IMG/VR virus record: IMGVR_UViG_3300029715_000189
Source of the DNA: a virus
Taxonomy: Duplodnaviria; Heunggongvirae; Uroviricota; Caudoviricetes
Strand: one strand, 5' to 3'
Length of the DNA: 64,000 bases
Shown here: one piece after another, positions 19,453-28,500 of the stretch
Numbering within the stretch: the first letter of the stretch is position 1
Layout of the letters: every line of letters starts with the position of its first letter
Notes under the pieces: model-generated
Told to the model about the DNA's origin: nothing
Database searches by the model: none
The model's input: the letters and a program-made list of their open reading frames with translations, nothing else
Position numbers and translations under genes: made by a program

Positions 19453-19746
19453 ATGGTCAACGTCGATGGATCCAAGAGGATCTGGAAGCAGCCGGAAATA
19501 AAAGATATTTTTGAAAAGTGCGGAGCGAAGAAGCCGGATAAAGCGACATGGGGCGATGTCCAATATGTCTTTGCAATGTACTATTCGGATGGCTTTCCGA
19601 AGGTCTTCAAATGTGAGAACGAGTTGGTGAAAGCTACGTTAATGTATTTGGATGATCCGGATGCTCCCGAAGGAGTAGCCTTTATAAGATGGCTTGCCGT
19701 GCAAGATTACCTCGGCGAAAAAATAAACTGGAAGGATCTGACCTGA
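19453..19746 (+). CDS. Hypothetical protein of 97 aa. It may be the C-terminal part of the preceding RG-rich protein if TGA 19357-19359 is read through.
   Basis: Same frame as 18982..19359. GAGG lies 12 nt upstream of the ATG, so it could also be an independent gene. Confidence 0.5.
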   Translation: MVNVDGSKRIWKQPEIKDIFEKCGAKKPDKATWGDVQYVFAMYYSDGFPKVFKCENELVKATLMYLDDPDAPEGVAFIRWLAVQDYLGEKINWKDLT

Positions 19747-19851
19747 GATCCAGACCCAGGTCCTTCCGGTGGTGCGGGAGCCATAGTAAAAAATATGATT
19801 CCCGCATTCCCGTTTTTCCCGTTTGGAAAAAAAAGAATAAAAATGTTATAC

Positions 19852-19888
19852 CGGTCGGCGGGCAATAGAATACCCGTGGCCGGTTTGT
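19852..19888 (+). terminator. Imperfect GC-rich hairpin (CCGGTCGGCGGG...CCCGTGGCCGG) followed by TTTGTTT. Putative terminator after the GC-rich islet.
   Basis: Read directly. The stem has wobbles and one bulge. Confidence 0.3.
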
Positions 19889-19911
19889 TTCACATAACTT
19901 TTTTTTTGGAC

Positions 19912-20079
19912 ATGAATATAGCACACGAATCTAAATCGAATAAAACCCCCTTGTATTTAATAGGAGAGTTGATTGGCGTACCGAATACGGTTATGGACTC
20001 AGCATTGCATGAACTGAAAGATAGAATAGACAAAGACCCTGAATGGGTGATTATATACCACTTTACACCAAAAGCGTAA
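19912..20079 (+). CDS. Small protein of about 55 aa (MNIAHESKS...IIYHFTPKA). Its C-terminus is encoded by the conserved dispersed repeat.
   Basis: First ATG in the track ORF 19795..20079. It ends in ...YHFTPKA* inside repeat copy R1. Confidence 0.45.
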   Translation: MNIAHESKSNKTPLYLIGELIGVPNTVMDSALHELKDRIDKDPEWVIIYHFTPKA

Positions 20080-20098
20080 AGTAATACACATTTATACG
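20047..20098 (+). repeat. Dispersed repeat copy R1 (GTGATTATATACCACTTTACACCAAAAGCGTAAAGTAATACACATTTATACG).
   Basis: Near-identical copies lie at 22011-22057 (same orientation) and 59699-59749 (inverted). Confidence 0.7.
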
Positions 20099-20152
20099 GA
20101 AATTCGTACCGGGTTACATCAAAACCCTCTACCTTCTGGTAACATCGTTACA

Positions 20153-21357
20153 TCAAAGGATTCTTTTTTCCGATTTACGGATGATGTTAAAAGCACCATT
20201 GATATCAGCATTAATTGTCTTACCAGAAGAGGTTTTAAACAATCCTCGTTTAATCCTTCTTCCTTTGTAAGATTCATGTTTGCAAATCCGTTCATTATCT
20301 AAAAAGCTACATTTTGAAGTATAAGATTCTTCAACGATCTTAACATTAATACCTTCTAATGTAGCTTTATACGATATCATACTGATAAACGAATTAAAAG
20401 GAATAGATACAAAGTTCTGATTATTACGCTTTCCAATATTGATCTCTTGTTTCCGGCATTTGTTATGACCGATTATGATCGTATTAATACCATTGGAAAC
20501 TACGTGATTAACCAATATCCTACTTGCCTTATGCAGATAATCTTTGATCTTGTTATTCCTTTTGTTGGTTAATGACCTGATTTGTTTTGAAATTTGTTTG
20601 TTATCTTTTAATTTAGATTTTAAGAATGCTAACCTTTTGTTATAATATTGGTTAATAGACTTTAGTGGCCTACCATTGATGATAAAACAAGAACCGGTGT
20701 TTGAAACACAAGATGCTAAATTATCCAATCCTATGTCGATGCCAAGATAGTTCCCATTATCGGACATAAGATTCTTTTCCTTCTTATTGTAAACTATTTC
20801 AAGAACAATATACCCATTCTTAGGAATGAATCTAAGTTGTTGAATATTTTGCTTGTTAGTTCTTGTTGTAAAGGAAAACTGTTTTGGTAACTTAACAATG
20901 CCTTGTTTTATCCATTTTTGAGAAAAAGCATTTGTTGCAAAAAAACAGCAGGAAACAAACCACCCTTGTTGAGATACCTTGGCATTCTTACTTCCTCAGA
21001 ATACTCACCTCTATTCTTTTTATTAAAGAGATTGAAGAAAGATTTAAAGTTTCTATCAACCATCATCAACACTTGTTGAGCAACCGGTGCTGGTAAAGCA
21101 CGATAGTCAACATCATTTTCTGTTCTTAACTTCTTTTCGAGAGAATAGTAGTTTAGGTACTTATACTTTACAGTATTATCATCCTTGTATTGAAAATAAT
21201 ACTGTCTAACAACATATAACCCTTTATTGTATAAGTTTTTACACTTATGCAATAGATCATAAGGTTCATTGTAATAAACAGAACTTGGTTTGATCGTATG
21301 TTGTTCGACTAATCTCATGACATAAATATAGAAATTATTATTTATATATGAAAACAA
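20153..21357 (-). pseudogene. tnpB: Second TnpB-like gene (TnpB#2), split into an N-terminal ORF (20908-21357) and a C-terminal ORF (20153-20767 plus an upstream extension). The break is a -1 frame change at a T7 run. It may be a programmed frameshift, a pseudogene, or a homopolymer sequencing error.
   Basis: The C-terminal ORF carries GIDIGLDN, VEESYTSKC and NADINGAFNI. About 55% of residues match TnpB#1 over the RuvC region by eye, and the zinc finger is absent here too. The frames switch within minus-strand U UUU UUG (plus-strand A-run 20939-20945). A -1 slip gives ...PAVFFATNAFSQKWIKQG..., which is colinear with TnpB#1 ...NLYYTSQSCKIKDG... Confidence 0.8.
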
Positions 21358-21564
21358 ATTGGCGTATTTGTGGTGTAAAGTTGTATATAATTACCTAAAG
21401 ATGTTAAAAATTGGCTCGAATCTTTACCCAAGATCTGAACCTATTTTTTCAATACCAGGCCCGATGCGATTTTAACGTATCGGGTTTTTATTTTAATTCA
21501 TATTGTTTTATTTTAAATCTAATTAATTCATGAATGTCGTACATTTGTTGAAAAAGTATTCTAT

Positions 21565-21792
21565 ATGGAAAATAAGGAAGATTACGTTGGTTACGAAGAT
21601 CAAGAACTGTGTAACCGGTATTACAAAGAGGCTGAAGCCATGAGGCAAAAGCAGGACTGGCCTCGGCTTAGGGCTGTCTCTGCTCCGGCTAAGGGAACCC
21701 CATCGCCCGGCTGGGGTCAGCTTGGACGTGGAAATGATGTCCGTGTTAAGTATGTTAGTATCAACTCAGGATTGGGAGGAGATAGGTTATGA
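21565..21792 (+). CDS. Hypothetical protein of 75 aa.
   Basis: ORF with moderate GC. Its stop overlaps the next start (ATGA). Confidence 0.45.
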   Translation: MENKEDYVGYEDQELCNRYYKEAEAMRQKQDWPRLRAVSAPAKGTPSPGWGQLGRGNDVRVKYVSINSGLGGDRL

Positions 21793-22007
21793 CCGTAGAA
21801 GAGTTAGCCAGTAAAAGATACGGTGGCGAATTTGTTTTTATGTTTGGCCATCTTGAAGGTAGAACAAGATTCGTTTTTGAATGCTTTGATCCCAGACCTG
21901 ATCACGAAGGTAAAAACACTTATATGGTTTCCTATTTTGAAAAGGGACTTCATAGAAGAGATGTGGTAGATGTACCGTGTTATATGAATGTTTTGCAAAA
22001 ATCGTAG
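21789..22007 (+). CDS. Hypothetical protein of 72 aa. Repeat copy R2 follows its stop immediately.
   Basis: Translationally coupled to the previous ORF. Confidence 0.45.
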   Translation: MTVEELASKRYGGEFVFMFGHLEGRTRFVFECFDPRPDHEGKNTYMVSYFEKGLHRRDVVDVPCYMNVLQKS

Positions 22008-22010
22008 GTA

Positions 22011-22057
22011 GTTATATACAACTTTACACCAAAAGCGTAAAACAATATACATTTTTA
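22011..22057 (+). repeat. Dispersed repeat copy R2 (AGTTATATACAACTTTACACCAAAAGCGTAAAACAATATACATTTTTAT).
   Basis: It aligns with R1 and R3. Here the ...IYNFTPKA* reading frame sits just after a TAG stop. Confidence 0.7.
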
Positions 22058-22077
22058 TCACCTGAACAAATAATAAA

Positions 22078-22106
22078 GTCGGGCATGTAACTTGTCCGAC
22101 TTTTTT
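22078..22106 (+). terminator. Rho-independent terminator (GTCGGGCAtgtaacttGTCCGAC followed by TTTTTT).
   Basis: A stem-loop with a T6 run. Confidence 0.6.
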
Positions 22107-22120
22107 CGTATATTTGCGTT

Positions 22121-22441
22121 ATGGCAAGAGGTTATTATTGGATACCGCAGACAGATGAAACGTTAAATGGCATAAGCTATTACGTTACTAAGGTAGTAGG
22201 GGATATCACGTTTGATACTAAACGAAAAAGAATAGTGTTTCAAACTACCAGGTATTTCCCAGTAGACTCCGTATTTCATTTTACTCACAACTGCTTTAAA
22301 TACGTCATAACCTGCCGGCTCCGTAAGCCTGGGCTGTGGTATGAGGCAAGGAGGGAAGACTGCGGGCCAATTGGACCGGATGATGTGGAAAGGTTCGAAT
22401 CAGGAAGGTTTATTCACCGGGATGGGTACATACATACATAA
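22121..22441 (+). CDS. Hypothetical protein of 106 aa.
   Basis: ORF between the terminator and the giant gene. Confidence 0.5.
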   Translation: MARGYYWIPQTDETLNGISYYVTKVVGDITFDTKRKRIVFQTTRYFPVDSVFHFTHNCFKYVITCRLRKPGLWYEARREDCGPIGPDDVERFESGRFIHRDGYIHT

Positions 22442-22549
22442 GTTGAACTTGATGATTTTCGTCAGATTATAATTTTTTTTTCATATTATTTTTAAGCCAT
22501 CAGACTGAGAAGTTAGATGGCTTTATTTTCTATGATATGCTTGATTTTT

Positions 22550-22557
22550 AACTACCT
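22550..22557 (+). promoter_or_regulatory. TACCTTTG, an exact match to the Bacteroidota -7 motif TAnnTTTG, 27 nt upstream of the ATG at 22584.
   Basis: Read directly from the sequence. Suggestive only. Confidence 0.3.
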
Positions 22558-22583
22558 TTGTCTCATAACAAAAATGTTTTACT

Positions 22584-25500
22584 ATGACATCAACGTGTAT
22601 TATTAAAAGAGATAATAAAAAGAAAGTTGTTTCTGTCTCTACCAGATCAGGGGACAGGTCTATGCTGTTTGATAAAATAGCATCTGTTCCCCTTATGGAG
22701 AATAGGGAACGGGCTACTACTGTTTTTAAAACCGTATTTTCTAATAAGTTCTTAAAGGCTTTTGGTGACTGGAGAAAGAGGGTACCTATTAACAAACAGG
22801 CTTATAATAAGGTAAAATACAATATCGACCTTATTCCGGAAGCCTATAGAGAAAGGGTGCTGGATAAGGCTTCTAAGATGAGCAACCCTATTCTTGTGTC
22901 GAAATCAGATGCACCTTATGGGATTCAAGAATCAGGCTTTGGATTCTATAGCCAAGATCTGGGTGATAATATTATGTTGGTGGATGCTATGGTTCCGTCA
23001 AGCATTTCCGTACCGGAAGGACCTGGAATAGACGCCGGGCAGTATCTACAAGATGCTATATCTTCGGACTTTACTCCCGTATCTATGGTACAGGATGAGG
23101 GTGTTAATTATATGGTTATAAAAGACGGTCTTAAGATATTTAGCCCAGAAGAGTTACCACAGACAGATTCTAATCCTGTGGGTGTAACGTATCAGACCGG
23201 AGAGCCTCGTTTGTTTTTCATGAATGATCGTAATCAATTATTTGAAGATTACGGAGAAGCTCTTCGCTCTGGCGGGAATGATATTAGAATAGGATTCTTA
23301 TCAGGAACCGTTCAAGAATCTACCGTGGATGGCGTGGCAGACATTACTTACAAAGCTGGAAAGTATGTTCTTAATAATCCCAAGTCTTTTATACCGGTCA
23401 TGACCGCTTCTGCTTCTACTTCTTTATCAACGAAAGGCGGGATAATTAACTACCTTATAAAGAAAGGTCTTTTGTCCGGATCCAAGATATTCGATCCTGA
23501 AACAAGGAGCTATTATCTTACAGGAGAAGGACATACAGGACAAATTAGACTTTTCAATTCAGCCTTAGCTTATACCGAGCTCCGTAATCATTTTGGTTCC
23601 GATGTTTCCATGAACGACCAAGGTATGATAACCATAAGCTCGTTGGATAACAGTAAGGTAACTATGAGACTCGCCACCGGAGGAACGGAAAGGGTTAGTA
23701 GGGAACAGATAAAGAACGATCTTAAGTCAGGAAGATACAATGAATTGGACGCCAAGTACGATCATTTTGATGCGCTTGTGGTTTCATTCATATTAGAAGA
23801 TAACGATCTTTATGCTGATACTAAAGCTAAGATCGTATCAGATTATAGCAGGCAGGAACGTGACCAACGAAATTCTATTGTCGAGATACTGAAAACGCTT
23901 GGCGTTAGTGTCATAGGTATGACCGATTATATAGAGAAGTACCAAACCAAATACGGGCATGAACCTTCTGCTAAGGCATTGGCGGATATTGCCAATAACG
24001 TAATAGCAGTTGGTGAAGATGCTACTTTATCTGATTTAGTAGAAGAAACAGCCCACTTCCTTGTAGAGGCATACAGAGATCAGAATGCTGTTGAGGCTGT
24101 TCTGCAAGATGTAGAAGGTACGGAAGAGTGGAACCAATATGCAGGTCAGTATTATAATACATACGGTAAGGTATATGAAGGAGCTGAGCTTGATAATGCT
24201 GTTAGGAGAGAAATTCTTGGAAAGATCCTCGCCAGGGAGATGCAGACCGGCACAGCACAGGCGCCGGTAGAGCCCACCTCCTTCCTGGGGCGCGTCCGGC
24301 AGCTTCTCTCTGGAATAGTAAGCTGGCTTAAATCAGCTTTATCAACCCAAAGACAAGATTTGAATAACGTTATTAAAAACATTCGTGATCTTGCCATTAC
24401 TGACATAGATAAAGGATTTGACACCTCTCTGTTAAAGGATAATGACTTTACATTATACTCCCTTTCTTCTATGAACAAGAACAAGTTTCTTGAGTCTAAG
24501 ATCAGATCGCTAAGAAAAACATTAAGAGACTTACGTCAGATAAGCTCTGATAGGGCTGTAACTACGTCTATGACCCTTGCTCAGCTTAAGACCATAGAAG
24601 ATAAGATAAATAAGGTAGAGACCGAAATAGACAAGAATGAGATGGCGGCCGCCATGAACAGCATGATCTCCACAGCCGAAGCTCAGGTCAGATACTTAAG
24701 CAATGTGGTGAACACCATCCTTCATGGTGATACCAAAGACGGTAAGCTTCACTTCAATACCAATGATCGAAAGAACGTAGATATTATCAACAATCAGGTT
24801 CTTCCGATCATGAACGATCTTCGAGGATATATCCGTAACAGAAGTACCGAATTTGATGAGCGTGAAAAGCAGGATTATACAAATAGGATCAATACCGTCA
24901 TTGCCGACATCAATGGTATTCAGTCTGATATTAAATCAGTACAAGACCTTGATGAAAGTACGTTGCTTGATAAGTTAATGAACGAACTTCATGTGCCGGC
25001 AGATAAGGTAAAGAGAGTAAAAGAATTTTTCGACAAGGCTCAACACGATGTTTCTTGGATAAGTAGGTGGTTTGGTATATTAGAGCATTCTTCCAGTCCG
25101 TTCAATAACGCTCTTGGAGCTATGATTGCCAAAGACAATTACAATGCGATGGTGAATGCCCAGCCCGCCATATCCGACTTCCTGGCATATGCTAAAAAGC
25201 ATGGTTTTAACAAATCTGAATTTGAAAAACTGCTTCAGAAAGTAGACGGCAAAACTTCTAATTACCTTCGTAGTGCTCTTGATATGGCTAAATACGATCG
25301 TAATAAGAAGCTGGCGCAGATGCGAGCGTTTGCGACTGCCATGAACATAGAGATATCAGAAGAAGAAATTGGTGATGTGGTTGACAATAACCGTAATTAC
25401 GTATTTAAAAGAGAAGTAGTTGACAAGGATGGAAATACGGTTACTGAAAACGCTAAATTCAAACCATCGTCTGATAGAGTTAATACCGATATTTTTACCA

Positions 25501-28500
25501 TCGAGCAGGAAAAGATTTATACAGAACAGATGGAAAAGTGGGATGCTGAAAATTCGGAACTGGAATTTAGCGAAAGTTATGCCACAAGAATGGAATCCAT
25601 ATACAAAAAGGCTGAAGAAGAATTAGGGTATCCGGTTTCTCAAACAACCAAAGAATACCTTAATGCTCTATCCAGGCAAAAACGGATATTGAGGCAGCCT
25701 TTTATTGATAGCGGTGGTAATTTTGATGAGGTTGCCTATTTAAAAAGCAGCAATTACGAAGAAGAAGGACTGCTTCGTAAACAACGTAAGGAAGCAGCTT
25801 CAGAATACATATATGTGGGAACCAGGAGAGTGGAAAAAACCGGCGACCAACTTAAGATGGCTAAAGAAATACAAGCTATAAATGAAGTTTGGAGAAAGGA
25901 ATCAAATAATGTTACCAATGCCGTATCAGAATCGTTTTTGCAAAAATTAAGAACGATTCAGAGCGAGTCGGGAGGAGAAGCTGCGCTGAAGACACTTATG
26001 TTGGGAGGTCACCTGTCGTTCAATGATCGGTTTTGGAATGAAGTAGAATCGGAACAGTCGGCGCGTACCGGATCAAATAACAAGGCTTCGTATCTTAAAA
26101 TGGCGCATGATATCATTAGTTCTACGACAAGTGATAGAGATGCGACTGACGTGGATTCGATTGTGAAAGATATAGAAAAAAATAAGGCCATTATCAAGGA
26201 AATAATCGGAAACAACCGAGATGTGGCTGATATCGGAGAAATTAACGAAGCGACATTTACCTCATCTGAAAGAGATGCTTTTAGGGCCGCATCTGAAGCT
26301 ATTGAAGCTGATTACGCTATCTTAATAGATTATGTTAAGATGGTGGGTCTTGAAGATATTGATAAGTACCTTACTAAAAGCAGTAAGGCCGAAAACGAAG
26401 TAAATCAGTCTTATTTAAATGCTCTTGCTGACTCCAAGGAAGTGGAATGGAAGTTCGTACAACGTCATACTACGGCGAAGAAAGCAAAAAGGATTCAGGC
26501 TTTAAGGGATAAGCTGTTTAAGGCTGCTGATAACCGATATCTGTTTACCGTATCTGAAACCAACTACCTGTCAGAAAAGCTTGGTATAAGCAAAGAATTA
26601 GACGGTAGAGATTTCAGGAATGCTGTTAATGCTAAGATGGCCAGCTTGTTTTTAAATAATACAAGAGAAGAGGGCATAGAAGAGGCCAATGCTATTGTTA
26701 ATGAATTTGCCAGGAGCCAGGTCTTTTCGTACTATAAACGCATGGCGCCTACCGGATATGCGGCCATGATCGACAAAATAGGTCGAGGTGAGATAGATGT
26801 GGCGCAGATGGTTAAGGACGTACAAAACGGTACATCCACCCAAGATTATGGCATGGACATATCGTACCTGTCTTTCGATCCTGCAAGGGCATGGGTGGCT
26901 GAATCTGAAGCCGAAAATAGCGGCCGTAATCCCGATTATGTAAAAGATCATGGGTATGGTCATCGCATGCCTAAGAAAAGCCTGTATCGTGATGAATCGT
27001 ATTTCAATGACTTTGGTATCAAGTATGATGCTGACGGTAATGAAGTTGCTACTAAAAACGTAGAGCAGTGGAATATGATTCAAAAACTCAAGGAAATAAA
27101 AAGACAATCACTTGATCTATACGAAGAGCAGAGCCCGAACCTATATGCTATTCCACAGATATCAAAACAAGACATAGAACGTGTAGAAGGATTGGGTATT
27201 AACTTCAAAAATACGGTTCGTAATTTTGTATCAGATCTGTGCCTGGACAGAGTAGACGATTCTCTATACGGTAAAACCAGGCAAGGGGAAGTGTATGACC
27301 CGGAAGACAGACTTAGGTCTATACCTAAATACTACATATATGAATTGGAGAACCAAGATGATGTATCTCACGATTTTGGCTACTCTTATTCGATGCTTAT
27401 GATGCAGTCATCGTTATACAATGAAAAGCAGAAGTCTATAGAGCTCGCTCAAGGACTGGAGCAGATGTTACTGAATAAGCAATTTGAAGGCGGGAAGAAA
27501 GCTGAAGCGACTCAAGCATATCAGATGTTTAGGGACTTCTTCAACGATCATTATTATGGCATTAGGATGAACACCAAAAAACTTACGGTGAACATCGGAG
27601 GATATACGGTAGACCTTACAAGAATTATGATGGCTGTTGAAAGGTTTATGTCGGTCATGAACTTGGCACTGTCTCCGTTTGTGGCAGTTACCGGCGCCCT
27701 GACAGGTCATATCAACCTCATCATGGAATCTGCCGTAGGACAGTATATAAGCAAAGACTCCCTTAAATACGCATCGGCTGAGTTTTCACGTCTTGCGCCA
27801 TCTTGTATAGCAGAAACCGGAGACATAGACAGGAAAAGCAAATTATATGTCATAGGTGAGAGAATGGGGATATTCAATATCCGAAATCGTATGTATGGTG
27901 CCGGATACAATAGAGCGGCCAGGACCTTAATGCGTTCGCCTATGTATGCTTTTATGGAAATCCTGAACTACCCTCTTGATCCGCAGGTTATGATTGCTAC
28001 TATGGACAATGTTCGTTATTACAAAGGCCGGTTCTACACGTTCCAAGATTTCAAGATGGAAAAAGAACGCAATAAAGAACAGAGTACCATAAAAAGAGAA
28101 TGGAACGCATTAAAAGATCGTACTTTATGGAGTATGGTAGACGTTGTGGATGGAAAGGTGGTTGTAAAGCCGGGATCGGGTGTTACTGTTGAGGAAGTTG
28201 AAACCCAGATGGCTATAACCAGGAATCAAGTCCGTAGCTTGTCGCAGATATGTAACGGATCTTTGAATGAAGAAAACCGAACTGCCGCATCGCGCAACTG
28301 GATAGCCAGGTTCATGACCGCCCACCGAGGCTGGCTGGTGCTGGCAGCTCAACGTCTGTGGAAAAGACGTGGCTTCAATTTCCAGACAATGCAAGAAGAG
28401 GAAGGGTTGTTAATTACGTTAAAGAATATGATAGCCAAAACATTTAGCCTGGCTTCCGAGTCTGGTATGAAAAACATCATAGATGCCTGGAACGAAAATA

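Noticed and set aside
13300-21500. A TnpA (IS200-type Y1 transposase) partner for the TnpB genes.
   Set aside because: No ORF in the island resembles the roughly 130-150 aa HUH Y1 transposase. Both TnpBs appear solo.
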